DNA of 64,000 nt from the human T2T-CHM13v2.0 reference genome, Homo sapiens. The notes below the pieces were generated by a model. That model had not been told where the DNA came from. It saw nothing but the letters and a program-made list of their open reading frames with translations, and ran no database searches. The position numbers were made by a program, and so were the translations under genes. This document shows, piece after piece, positions 39,061 to 54,932 of this stretch; the stretch's first letter is position 1, and each line of letters opens with the position of its first letter. The DNA lies in NCBI RefSeq assembly GCF_009914755.1, contig NC_060926.1. One strand, written 5' to 3'.

Positions 39061-39734
39061 ACTATTTTGCTTTTGCAAAATTGCATTTATTTTCTTTATC
39101 TTCCTGTCATTCCTTTCATTCATTAATTTATCCATCAAATATTCATAGAAAGGAATATTGTGAAAACCATTTAACAACATAAAAGTGTATAATACTCCCC
39201 CCAAAAGCCTGGAAAGCAAAATTGTGCCTTGTGTATGGAATATGTACATATGCTACATGTTACATTGTCACTGCAGTTAAAAGACTTTAGTTAGTCATGG
39301 TAGCAGTGACTGTAAATTGAATCTATCAAGTTCAAACTCTATCTTCTCTGTCACTTATTTTATATAATTGTGAGTGTGGCAGAAAGCAAAAGGTGCATTA
39401 ATATTTAAGATGGAATGGCATATATTCATTCAAATATATTTAATCTTCTAGTAAATTTTTATTCACATCAATTCTGCTTAAATATTTTCAAATACTTTGA
39501 TAATGACTCTTTCCATGAAAGACGAAATCTGTTTTCCGCTGAGGCAAATGCTTTCTTGTGAGTCTTGTTATCATTGCTGAGAACACTTAAGTGTGTGTAT
39601 ACCCATGTGAATCACAGGAGAGTGAGAGTGTGTCTACCTACTGAATATGGGTGAGCCAAAGTGTCATGCCAGAGTCTTCTACATGTCTCATTTAAAGACA
39701 CACTTGTATTGAGACCTGTACTTGGAAAATATGA

Positions 39735-40300
<566 letters not shown>

Positions 40301-41357
40301 GTTCTGTGGGGCTTTTCCACGTAGCCAACAACATCAGTGAGTTTTTAATGTTCAGTTTCTAACTTTTCAGGGTGATATTGCTGAAAGGGAGGTAAGACGC
40401 CCGGGGTTTCTTTATGTAATTCCCATGTTCCCCTAGATCTCCCTTTTTCAGTGTCTTTCACTGCTTTGATGCCGCTGGCTGAATGAGCACGTTTACTTGC
40501 TTCATTTTTCCAGTCATGAGCCTTTTCTGCCTCATGTGAAGGTGTGGGCAACACAGCAGCCTGTGCCTGTTATAAATTTGAGCCTCCTGCATGAAGCGTT
40601 CTGCTCAGGGCAGATATAATGATCTCTTCAGCTTGGAGAAGCTGGCTGATTTTTTTTCTAGACCAAAGCTGTCATCTCGACCATTAGGGAAAATGCCACA
40701 TAAATCATCAAGTCAGTGATATCAGTGTAATGCAGCACGTGCCTCCATTGGAAGGGCCTGCCGTCCTAAGTCAGGGGGAATAGACGCCTAGAACTCAGAC
40801 CTGCTGAAGGCTGGCCTCTGAAAGACGGTTTACTCCCTTTTTAGTTCCAGTGTGGGAAGTATGACAAAGCCTTCGAGGAGAGTGAGAATCAAAGTCAGAC
40901 TGCTGGCACCGCCTGAGGCGGAGGGCACTCCAGCAGGCCAGATGTTCCGAGTCCCATGTGGAGAAGTGTTTGTGGTTGGATTCTATTTGAAACTGATTGT
41001 TGATACTCTCATGAGACAGCCTGTGACAAATTGTATAATAAAATTGTTAAAAATAGCGTATTTATTCCCTGGAAAAGCTGAGTTCCCACAATTCAGTGAG
41101 CTGGGAAAATTGCTAAGCTTCTTGGACACGAAGTGCTGAGTCGAGTCCCTGTTCGTATAACCCTTTCCTTACCCATTTGATTTTTCATTGTAATTTTTGT
41201 TTTTCTGAATTGCTAACGATGCTCCAGATAGCACTTTTAAAAGAATAAAAATAAAACAAATCAACTTATATTTTTGAATAAAATCGTAAAAGCCTATAAA
41301 ATGTACATATAATATTGACAGATTAATTACAAAAAATTATTTCTATGTATATACTAA

Positions 41358-42030
<673 letters not shown>

Positions 42031-42344
42031 CTATACCATAGCAAACAATTGAATAAAAGTGAGGAAAGAAATCCTCTGTCTAGAGATAGGTAAATATTTA
42101 TAAGTGTTTCCTAGGGCCTTTGATATACAATAGAGAGGTAAGATTTTCAGAATCATCAATCTTAGTTGAGAATGTAGGTGATGAAGAATAAGTAAAAACA
42201 GATCAGGGAAGTACTTTGTGTGGTTGTGGTTAAGGTGAACTAGGAAGAGAAATGTTTGGAATATCAAAGTAATTTCATACATTTCAAATAGCACTATGTA
42301 TCAGGAATGATTTTTGCTGTAAATCACATAAACCTGAAATATAT

Positions 42345-42515
42345 CAAAGTTTATATGTCAACGTGGCTGGACCATGGTTCCCAGGTATTTGGTCAAACAT
42401 TATTCTGGATGTTTTTGTAGGGGCATTTTTGGATGAGATTAACATTTCAATCAGTGAACTTTGAATAAAGCACATTCCCCTCCATAACGTGAGTGGACCT
42501 CATCCAATCAGTCGA
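42345..42515 (+). mobile_element. MLT2 (ERVL) LTR 5' fragment
   Basis: atttggtcaaacattattctggatgtt...ggatgagattaacatt...cctcatccaatcagt. Confidence 0.8.
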
Positions 42516-42548
42516 ATATACTGCCTGCCAAAAATACATAACTTAAAT

Positions 42549-42772
42549 TAGTGGTTCTCAGCTGGGATTCATTTCCTCTCACACTCAGGAGACATCTGAA
42601 AATGTTTGGAGACTTTTTGATTGTCAAGACTGGAAAAATACTACTGGCATTGAGTGAGTAAAGGCCAAGGATGCTGTTAAACATACAATAAACACAACGC
42701 AGAGCACAGCCTCCTACAACACAGAATTATCTGGCCAAAAATGTCAATAGTGCCAAAGCTGAAAAATCCTGA
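42549..42772 (+). mobile_element. MER20
   Basis: agtggttctca...tactactggcatt...aggccaaggatgctgttaaacat...gaattatctggccaaaaatgtcaatagtgccaa. Confidence 0.85.
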
Positions 42773-43215
42773 CTGATATTTAATCATGAGGAAATGTCAG
42801 ATAAACCCAAAGTGGGGGACAGTCTACAAAACAACTGGCCCACACTTTTCAAAAATATGGACAAGGAAAGATGAAGCAACTGTTCAAAGTTAAAAGAAGC
42901 TAAGGAGAGAGAGAACTAAATGCCATGTGTGATGCTGGACTGAATCCTGATGAAGAAAAGGACCGTCATGGAACAATTGATAAAATTTGAGTAAGGTCTG
43001 TACATTACACAATAGAGTTATATCAGTGTTAATTTCCTGATTTTGATAATTGTACTGTAAGCATGTAAGATATTAACATTCGAGGAATAGGTAAACAGTA
43101 GATAGAAATTTTTTGTCCTATTTTTTACAACTTTCTCTGCCAATATGAAATTACTTCCAAATTGAAAAAAAAATTTAAATATAAAATATTTAAAAATTAA
43201 AAGCAAAAAATGAGT

Positions 43216-43512
43216 AGCCGGGTGCAGTGGCTTATGCCTGTAATCCTAGCACTTTGTGAGGCCGAGGCAGGTGGATCACCTGAGGTCAGGAGTTCGAGAG
43301 CAGCCTGGCTAACATGGCAAAATCCCGTCTCTACTAAAAATACAAAAATTAGCTGGGCGTGGTGAAGTGCACCTGTAATCCCAGCTGCTCGGGAGGCTGA
43401 GGCAGGAGAATCTCTTGAACCCGGGAGGGGAGGTTGCAGTGAGCTGAGATTGCACCACTGCACTCCAGTCTGGGCTACAGAATGAGATTCTGCCTCAGAA
43501 AAATAAAAAAGA
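43216..43512 (+). mobile_element. AluS (Sx-like)
   Basis: Full dimer with A tail. Confidence 0.93.
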
Positions 43513-43549
43513 AGATATCCTTTGAGTATCTAGAAAAAATGAGCACATT

Positions 43550-44182
<633 letters not shown>

Positions 44183-44482
44183 CTAATCAACTGTTTAAAA
44201 TGGAGAGGGGGAATAATTTCATTGGTTATATTGGTATTAGTCTTACTATTGCCATTCTGAGACTGCGTGTAAAATAGAATAAAACAAATGAATAATTCTG
44301 AGATATTAAATCTATCATCTCCTTTGTCCTTGAGAACCAAGATTCTTCCTTGATATGGAAGAAAGGTGATACTAAAGTAGAGAAGAGATTAAATAAAACC
44401 TCAGTGAAGATATCAATATAAACCTACGTGATTCTTTGTCTTATTTTATTCCCAGATGTGTCCACTGAAAAGACACAGAGGC

Positions 44483-44765
44483 GGTAATCCCAGGACTTTG
44501 GGAGGCCAAAGTGGGCAGATCACCTAAGGTTGGGAGTTCAACACCAGCCTGACCAACATGGAAAAACCCCGTCTCTACTAAAAATACAAAATTAGCCGGG
44601 TGTGGTGCCGCATGCCTGTAATCCCAGCTACTCAGGAGGCTGAGGCAGGACAATCGCTTGAACACGGGAGGTGGAGGTTGCCGTGAGCCAAGATCGTGCC
44701 ATTGCACTTCAGCCTGGGCAACAAGACAAACTCTGTCTCAAAAAGAAAGAAAAAGAAAAAGAAAA
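44483..44765 (+). mobile_element. AluSp-like lacking the first ~20 nt
   Basis: ggttgggagttc...ctgaccaacatggaaaaacccc; A-rich tail. Confidence 0.9.
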
Positions 44766-46349
44766 GACCTAGAAACAATAACTACACAGCAGCAGTAAAC
44801 ATCTCTAGCTTCTTTTTTGTGGTTTTACAATACCATTCATCACTGCAAAGGACCAGGTCTCTTTGGAGACAGTGCTGATTCCAGGTGTAATGCAGGAAAT
44901 GAACAGACGACCCTGGAACATCTTGTCATACCAGATGGTTAGGGAGCTATCAAAGACAACTAGGGTCATGTCTAAAGGACTCAGGAGTCAACTTGAAGAG
45001 GCTACCATTGCCAAAGATGGAAAATTTTGAGTTAGTAATGATAATTGCAATGGATTAAAATTCATCAAATAGGTTTAAATCCATGATTTCATGATAATAT
45101 AAAAACGTAATTATTAGTTTTGGAGGATGATAAGAAATGAAATCATTATCTTGGTAAACAGAGCCAAAAAACCAAACATTTATCCTTCATTTCCTATATG
45201 AAATGTTTTACTCTGTAAACAAATAGTAGATAAGGGGAAGTGTCACTTTATGAAAGTATTCTAACTAATAAATGAAAAAGAAATGATAGAACTAGAATAT
45301 CACCATTTTGCAACCTTTAATGAGTGGCTATAGGTGTTAAGTATCAACAGTTTCTAAAATCACAGAGACAACCAGACAAAATATGCCTCTATAGCCTTCA
45401 AAAACACTGCCTATAAATTTGTCAAGGGAATAGAACCTGAATCGGACCCTGTCTCTGGATTCAGCTTCCTGTTGGCAGGAAATACAGAGACTAGAGGAAC
45501 AAGTCGGGATAGTGGTTATTTATGGGGAAGGGAGAGACTGTGATGGGGCTGGGCACATTGAGGGGGTTTCCAAGGCAAGTGGTGAAGTTCTGTTTCATGA
45601 GCTTGGAGGTGTTTGTCTTATAATAATTCAGTAAGCTATACATTTGATTCGTGTGGTTTTCTGTATTAGTGTTTAATTTTACAATAAAATTTAAAAGAAA
45701 AGGTGAGAAAAAAAAGCCAAAACAACCAAAGGATTGAATAAGTTTTTCTATAACTGTTTAGTTTGGGAAGGCATTGCCTCACAGAGGTCATGGGATGATT
45801 TGACATAGAAAACTCAATTCTAGGGGAATTTGGGTTAAGTTTTCTCCAATTTATTGTAACCTTTCATGAGCAGTAGATTTATTTTTAAAAAACAAGTAAA
45901 CAAAATGGTGATAAGCTTTGTCCCTTGCTCTCCCAGAAGTGGTGAGAAAATAGAGTTATGTGTTTTCTCTTGCAAAGGCATTGCACAATATTACCTAAAA
46001 CATATTTGTAGTTTATCAGGGCAATAAATTTCTACGAGGCATTTAAGCAGCATAGGGAGAATGATAAGATATATGACTCTAGATTGTTTGTTCTTGCTAC
46101 CTACTCATTCATATCACCTAGGTGGAATCTTATACACACGTTGGTGCTTGCATAATAGGCATATAGAGATGGTGCCTTGCATACTGAAAATAATAAATAC
46201 TTGTTTTAGAAAATGTAAGTGAATAAATGAGGGGAAGATATTGAACTCCTCTATGAGGATGCAAATAGCTAAATACAGACTGTGGATTTACATACTATTT
46301 ATAGATTGAGAGTAGGAAGGTCTTTATCAAGAATGTCTCAATCCAGTCT

Positions 46350-46762
46350 TCTATGTTAATTCCCTAAATCACCTCACAGCTTTAAATAAACTGATGACTA
46401 CCAACTTTATATTTGCAGCTCAGACTTCTCCCCCAAACTCCAGAAGTGTATTTCAATGGCTTACTGAACAGCTCTACTTGGATAGCTGATAGACAGCTCA
46501 AACATCCTAGGTCCTAGATCATCCTGATTCCCACCTCTGCACACTTTCTCCACCCACCGTTTTCCCATCTAAATAAATGTTTACTTCTTCCTTCCATTTG
46601 CTTTGGTTCCAAACCTTGGAGTCCTCTTTGATGCCTGTCTTTCACACCCCAAAGCCAAGCTGTCAGCAAATCCTTTGGACTCTACTTTTGAAATATGTTC
46701 AGAAATCTGACTGTTTCTTATGACAGGCACCCCTACCACTGTGGTTCAAGCAGCCATCATTT
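46350..46762 (+). mobile_element. L2, upstream part (continues at 58794)
   Basis: ctgatgactaccaactttatatttgcagctcagacttctcccccaaactccag...ccaaaccttggagtcctctttgatgcc...gttcaagcagccatcat. Confidence 0.8.
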
Positions 46763-46943
46763 TCTTTTATTTCAATATAATTTTAAAAGTATTAAAAAGT
46801 TGCCAAAATTGTACAAAGAATTTCCATATACCCATTGCCTAGATGTACCAATGATTTATATTTTGCTTTAGTTGCTTCATCATTCTCTCTCATCTCTTTT
46901 TTCTTCCTTCTCTCATATACTTGTCCCCTCACATACACACAAG

Positions 46944-47585
46944 TGAGAGGTGAAGCCGGCTGGGCTTCTGGGTTGGGTGGGGACTTGGAGAACTTTTGTG
47001 TCTAGTGAAAGGATTGTAAATGCACCAATCAGCACTCTGTGTCTAGCTAAAGGACTGTAAACGCACCAATCAGCACTCTGTAAAATGGACCAATCAGCAC
47101 TCTGTAAAATGGACCAATTAGCGCTCTGTAAAATAGACCGATCAGCAGGATGTGGGTGGGGCCAAATAAGGGAATAAAAGCAGGCCACCCAAGCCAGCAG
47201 AGGCAACCCGCTGGGGTCCCCTTCCATGCCTTGGAAGCTTTGTTCTTTCGCTGTTTGCAGTAAATCTTGCTGCTGCTCACTCTTTGGGTCCGCACCGCCT
47301 TTATGAGCTGTAACACTCATCACAAAGGTCTGCAGCTTCACTCCTGAAGTCAGTGAGACCACGAACCCACCAGGAGGAACAAACAACTCCAGACGCACCA
47401 CCTTTAAGAGCTGTAACACTCACTGTGAAGGTCTGCAGCTTCACTCCTGAAGTCAGCGAGAATCCGAACATCAGAAGGAACAAACTCTGGACACACCATC
47501 TTTAAGAACTATAACACTCACCGCGAGGGTCTGCGGCTTCATTCTTGAAGTCAGCAAGACCAAGAACCCACCAATTCCGGACACA
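46944..47585 (+). mobile_element. LTR12-family (ERV9) solo LTR
   Basis: TGAGAGGTGAAGCC...ccaattccggacaCA; tandem CCAATCAGCACTCTG units; GGGAATAAAAGC; U5 repeats; 4-bp TSD CAAG. Confidence 0.93.
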
Positions 47586-47641
47586 CAAGTATACACATAA
47601 ACACACATATGTATACTTGATTCTGAACCTTGATTACTTGA

Positions 47642-47990
<349 letters not shown>

Positions 47991-48552
47991 CTTTATAATT
48001 AATAAATACTTTGTGAGCAGATTCTTAAAGACTATATAAATATGCTGTTCCTCATGAAGTTTTCAACCACTAATTTTAGCTTCCATTGGTGATTTTCAAA
48101 TTCCAGTATTTCTTCTATGTTTATCAGTTGCTATTATTCTATATAGAAGAGCTTTCCTTTCTCTCCCGTTAATTTATGTATTGCATATTTATTTATATCC
48201 ATATGAACTTAGTGACTCATCTTATTCAGTATGTTATATTCCTTACATTTTCCAATACATTTTGATGCTCTCTTGAGGCAGATTTGGCTAGTGATAGCCT
48301 TTTTAAACTGGCTCCTATGTCCTTTTGCTATGTTCCCATTTATCCTGGGGCACTTCCTTACTTTCTGGCATGATGTTCCAGGCTCATTTTGTCTTTTTCC
48401 TTTCCCAGCCTTGGAATCAGCTACTTTTACAAAAAGCCCTGGTTCCTTCAAGTAGGGAATAGTATTTACAAACAAAGCTATGGCTCTTTGTGTGCTCATT
48501 GTTACAGGAGCTATTGCTTCTAGGCCTTCTCAGTAGGCATAAATTAGAAAAC

Positions 48553-48575
48553 ATCTGTCTATCTATCTATCTATC

Positions 48576-48618
<43 letters not shown>

Positions 48619-48628
48619 ATCTATCTAC
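48553..48628. repeat. (TCTA/TATC)n tetranucleotide microsatellite
   Basis: Interrupted atct run of ~75 bp. Confidence 0.95.
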
Positions 48629-48817
48629 CTGCATTTATCATGTACTTATCTACCTATCTTTAAAAACATAAGTTCATACAGATACTCCCAATTCTAATCC
48701 AATGCTGCAGGATCCATTCAAGTCTTCCCATTGTCCAGATTTGAAACTGCCTTCTCCAGCAGTGGGAAACCTCACTCCCACCATCCTTTATATACATAAG
48801 TGAATATATATATATTC

Positions 48818-48992
48818 ATGTTCATTTGCTCACACATAAAATAATTTCAGAATTGCTAAATCATATGTTCATTTGCTGACACATAAAATAATTCATTTGC
48901 TCACATATTTGCTCACACATTCCATTCATTTGCTCACATATAAAATGTTCATTTGCTTCACACATAAAATAATTTTGGAATTGCTAACTCAT
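48818..48992. repeat. Irregular tandem repeat of TTCATTTGCTCACACATAAAA pieces
   Basis: ttcatttgct at 48821, 48868, 48892, 48925 and 48948. Confidence 0.85.
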
Positions 48993-49187
48993 ATACCTGC
49001 AAAAAACATATGTGCTTGCTAGAATTCAATATTTTTTTTGGATGTTTTTAAAGGTAATCTCATTTTATATACAGTGAGATTAAGTGGTATTAATTATATA
49101 ATTTGATGAGTTCTGATAAATGTATATATTATCAACAAACTCAAGATGTAGAATATTTTTATCACCCCAGAAAGTTCCCAATGACCC

Positions 49188-49551
49188 TGATATGGTTTGG
49201 CTGTGTCCCCACCCAAATCTCATCTTGAACTGTAGCTCCCATAATCCCCACATGTCATGGGAGGGACCCAGTGGGAGGTAATTGAATCATGAGAGTGGGT
49301 TTTTCCCATGCTGTTCTCATGATAGTGAATAAGTCTCACAAGATCTGATGGTTTTATAAAGGGCAATTCCCCCGCACACGCTCTCTTACCTGCCACCATG
49401 TAAAACGTGGCTTTGCTCCTCTTTCACCTTCCGTTGTGATTGTGAGGGCTCCCTAGCCGTGTGGAACTGTGAGTCCACTAAGTCTCTTTTTCTTTGTTAA
49501 TTACCCAGTCTCAGGTACTTATTCCTAGTAGTATGAAAATGAACTAATACA
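49188..49551 (+). mobile_element. THE1 (MaLR) solo LTR
   Basis: TGATATGGTTTGGCTGTGTCCCCACCCAAATCTC...gaactaataCA; 5-bp TSD GACCC. Confidence 0.95.
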
Positions 49552-49787
49552 GACCCCTTTTAGTCACCTTTCCCATAAGCAACTGTACTGATGTCTATCA
49601 TCATAAGTTAGCTTACCTATTCTTGAATATAAAAAAATGGAATCATGAAGTATATATTCTTCTGTGTCTGTTTTGTTGCTGTTGTTCAGTATCATGTTTT
49701 TGTGGTACATCCATGTTGTTGCATGTATTAGTTTATTTTAGAAAGTTACTCTATAACTAGGAAAGTATAGAGTAGAGGTAGATTTAA

Positions 49788-50194
<407 letters not shown>

Positions 50195-51096
50195 CTTAAG
50201 CCACTTTAGTGGTTTAACTTTAGTGGGATGCGTGTCTCGTTATGGTTTAAATGAGTATGGCTCTGATGACAAATGCTGTTAATCATCTTTTCATGTGCCT
50301 GTTGGCCATTGGTATATTTTTATAATAGTCTGTTCAGATATTTTGCCCACTATTTTTACTGAGTTGTGTGTGTTTTTATTATTGATCTATAGAAGCTTCT
50401 GTATATTCTGGATATAAGTCCTTTGTTGGATGTATGTATTGCAAATATTTTCTTTTTGATGGCTTGCCTTTTTATTTTCTTAATGCTATTTTTTGGTGAG
50501 AAGTTTTTAACTTTAATGAAATTCAATTTATCAGTATTTCTTTTTATGTTTATTGCATTTTATATCCTCTCTAAGATATCTTTACCTACTCTAAGTTTGC
50601 AGATATTCTATTTTGTTTTTTTCTAAAAACTTTCTAGTATTAACCCTTACATGTAGGTCCATAATTCATCCCAAATTAATTTTTGTGTATGGTATAAAGT
50701 AGAAGTTGAAATTATTTTTTTCTATATATTTATTCAATTGTACCAGCACTATGTGTTGAAAAGACTTTCCTTTTTCCATTAAATTGGCATATTGGTGCCC
50801 ATGTCAAAAATCAGTTCACCAAATGGGGTTTATTTCTGGATTCTCTATTCTGTTCCATTCCATATTTATCTTAAGCCAACATCATACTTGCTTGATTCTT
50901 TTGTTTTAGAGTTAGATTAGAAATTAGATTGTGTGTGTCCTCTATGTTTGCTTCTATTTTTGAAGATTATTTTGGCTCTTCTAGGTCTTTCACATTTCCT
51001 ATATATTTTATAATCAACTTACCTATTTCTAGAAAACAATCTAGAGGGATTTTGATTGGAATTGCATTTACATCTGTGGATCAATTTAGGTATTAT

Positions 51097-51500
51097 ATTA
51101 GGTGACGTTCCCAGGAAACAGACTCTGAGACTCTGATATTTACAACCAGGCAGTTTATTACCTAGTGCTTTTATGAACAATACCTGTGAGGCCTGAGGAA
51201 AGAAGGATTAGGCAGAGGGGGAAGTCGAACTGCAGCACAGTTACAACAAGGGCCTCAATCCATTCTACAGGGAGCTCTGAAGCTGAGATGGCCCTTCTGA
51301 GTTGTTCCACCTTAAGGCAAGGGGGCTATAACTTTATTTCTGCATGCACCAATCATTGAAAGAAGCCTGTCCGAAAGGGCTCTCTTCAGCCAAGAGCAAT
51401 TCTAAGAAAGAGATTCAGTTGAGGACCATAAGTGGCCAACACTCCAAGCAGCTGAGGAAATGCCTCAGTTCTGAAAAGGGAATCCAGGAGGTGCAGCACA
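51097..51500. mobile_element. ERVL LTR (LTR16-like)
   Basis: ttcccaggaaacagactctgaga...gtttatt...cagggagctctgaagctgagatggcccttc. Confidence 0.65.
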
Positions 51501-51672
51501 TTTTATATTGCAAGAGAATGATGGGCAAGATAAATCACATCTTAGTTTTGAGTTTTCCAAGCTGTCAACATGGTATAGTTCTCCATTTATTTAGGTCTTC
51601 AGTTTCTCCCTGCCAAGTTTTGTAATTTTTGATGTAGAAATCTTGCATGTTTCTTTTTTGAAAAATTACTTC

Positions 51673-52055
<383 letters not shown>

Positions 52056-52639
52056 CTAATAATTGTATAGTTTTTGAGGACATTCTAAGTGGAATTCTTA
52101 AAATTCTATTTTTTCAGTTATTTGCAACTAGTATACAGAAATACAATTAATTTTTGTATATTGACTGTATCCTGTAACCTTGCAAAATTTACATATTAAT
52201 TATCATAGTTGCTGTGTGAATTTTCTACTGTTGTAAAACAAATAACCACAAAATTAGTAGCTTATAACCGTGTTTTAGCTCATGGTTTCCATGGTTCAGC
52301 CTCTGGGCATGGCGTACCTGAGCCCTCTGGTCACAGTCTCACAGGTTGCACTCAAGGTGTCAGCTGAGCAAGAAAACAGAGGCCCCAGCCCTACAACCAC
52401 AGGGTCTGAATTCTCTCAACACCAGCATAAGTTCAGAAGAGGACCCTGATCTCCAGAGAGAAACGCAGCTCAGCTGACACTTGGAGTGCAACCTGTGAGA
52501 CCCTGAGCTGAGGGCTCAGGTAAGTCATGCCCAGAGGCTGAACCATGGAAATCATAAGCTAAAACACAGTTATAAGCTACTAATTTTGTGGTTATTTGTT
52601 TTGCAATAGTAGAAAATTCACACAGCAGCTATGATAATT

Positions 52640-53264
52640 AATATGTAAAATTTGCAGGGTTACAGGATACAGTCAAGGATACTGGCCTTGCTTGCTTTTA
52701 ATAAGTTACTTCTAGTTGATCTTAAAACTCCCACTAGCAAGCCAAGCAGTACATAACTCCCACTAGCGTCCTCATTGATAACATCTCTGACTGTGGGTCA
52801 CTATAGCAACAGGTGCTTAAAGTTTTTTTTCAGCAACTAGGGGGCAGCTCTTTCCGACTCAAGCTGGTTGAGACCACCCACCCTTCCACTCTGGGTCTGT
52901 ACGGGTGACCGAAGAGTGACCTTTTGACGTCAGAGAGACAAAACTCCACCCTTAGATCATCTGACACCACCATTTTATGAACATGCATCATGTGAAGAGC
53001 CGTGTAGCTCAATTACATTTGTGCAGAAACCCCAATTATCTCACATTTCCTACCCACCAATCACCTTTCCCATATCTTGGATCACCTTGCTCCTCCATCC
53101 CATAAATATTCCTAAAACCCCATCTTCGGGCAGGCTGACTTGTGACTTGTTCTCCTGCTTCCTCACTTGGCTGCTTCATGAATAAACTCTTGCTTTTGTG
53201 CAAAACCTATCATCACAACAATTGGCTTGCTGTGCACAGACAGAATGAGCTTGGCTCAATAATA
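52640..53264 (+). mobile_element. ERV solo LTR (MER72/LTR47-like; family and ends uncertain)
   Basis: TGACGTCA 52925, CCAAT ~53058, cataaata 53101, AATAAA 53181 in LTR order. Confidence 0.65.
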
Positions 53265-53511
53265 CTTCCATGGAACCTTATAGGCCTCTCACAACATGTT
53301 GGTTTATTTCAAGGCCAGCAGGAGAATCTCTCCCTCCAGTCTGCTGAGAGAGTCTTACCTAAGGTAACATAATCATGGAAACAATTCATCACCTTAGTCA
53401 TATGCTATTGACTAGAAGCAAGTCACAGGTTCTGCACACTCAAGAAGAGGTATAACTCTTCTTATATATATAAAGGTATATAAAGGTATAACTCATTGGG
53501 GTCCCTTAGTG

Positions 53512-53842
53512 CAGCTGTCCCCAATGTTTTTGGCACCAGGGACCAGTTTCATGGAAGACAATTTTTTCACAGTTGGAGGTGGGGAATAATTTCAGGATGA
53601 AACTGTTCTACCTCCGATCATCAGGCATTAGATTTTTATAAGAAGCACGCAACCTAGACCCCTCACATGCACAATTCACAATAGGGTTCATGCTCCTATG
53701 AGAATCTAATGCTGCTGATGATCTGACAGGAGGTTCAAGTGGTAATGTTTGCCCACCGGCCATTCACCTCCTGCTGTGTGGCCTGGTTCCTAACAGGCCA
53801 TGGACTGGTACCCGTTCCTGGTCTGGGGCTTGGAGACCCCTG
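53512..53842 (-). mobile_element. MER1B
   Basis: Reverse complement of 30159-30490; 8-bp TSD ccttagtg/ccttaggg. Confidence 0.92.
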
Positions 53843-54357
53843 CCTTAGGGTGTGTCTGCCACAGTTTCCTTAGGATTTTCTACATGAATAATCATATTGT
53901 CTGTGAATAGAGTTTTACTTCTGAATTTTCAACATTTATGCCGTTTATTTCTCTGATTGCACTGGCTAACACCTCTAGTCAATGTTAACTAGAAGCAAGA
54001 GTGAGTATCTTTGCCTTGTTCTTGCTCCTTAGGGCAAAAGGTGTAATATGTCATCATTAAGGCATGATGGTATTAATACATGTAGGTTTGTCATAGATGC
54101 CCTTTATCAAATTGAGAAAATTCCTTATATTCCTAGTTTGTTTAAAATCATGAGTTGGTTTTGAAATTAATGATGCTTTTTCCGTATTGATTAAGACAAT
54201 ATATTTTTTCTCCTTAATTCTAATTATTAATCCTGGTAATTGTATCACATGATTTTTGAATATTAAACCAACTTCTTATTCTTGAGATAGATACTCTTGG
54301 TCATGAAATATTATTCTTTTTACATATTACTGGATTTGATTTCCTACAATTTTGTAA

Positions 54358-54682
<325 letters not shown>

Positions 54683-54932
54683 AATTTTCTCTTATTTTTG
54701 ATGCTTTGTTATCAGGGTTATACAGGCCTCATAAAATGAGTGTTCTGTCTTTCTCTATTTTCTGTAGGAGTTTGTGTTGGACTGGTATTATTTATTCCTT
54801 AAATGTTTAGTTGACTTCGCTTGTAAAACCACCTAGGCATGCTGTCTCTGTTGTGGGAATTCTTTTGATAATGCATCAACAGATTTTCTTCAACAGATAT
54901 AGGCTATGTTCCATTTTACTTGTGTCACTTTC

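Larger units (their letters stand above)
52230..53863. mobile_element. MLT1 (MaLR) fragments interrupted by an ERV LTR and MER1B
   Basis: aaataaccacaaaattagtagctta; cagccctacaaccacag...gctgacacttg; ctattgactagaagcaagtcacagg. Confidence 0.65.

Noticed and set aside
46913-47419. 168-aa minus-strand ORF, the longest in the track
   Set aside because: Lies within LTR12; the repeated SILQSADW peptides are translations of the CCAAT tandem units
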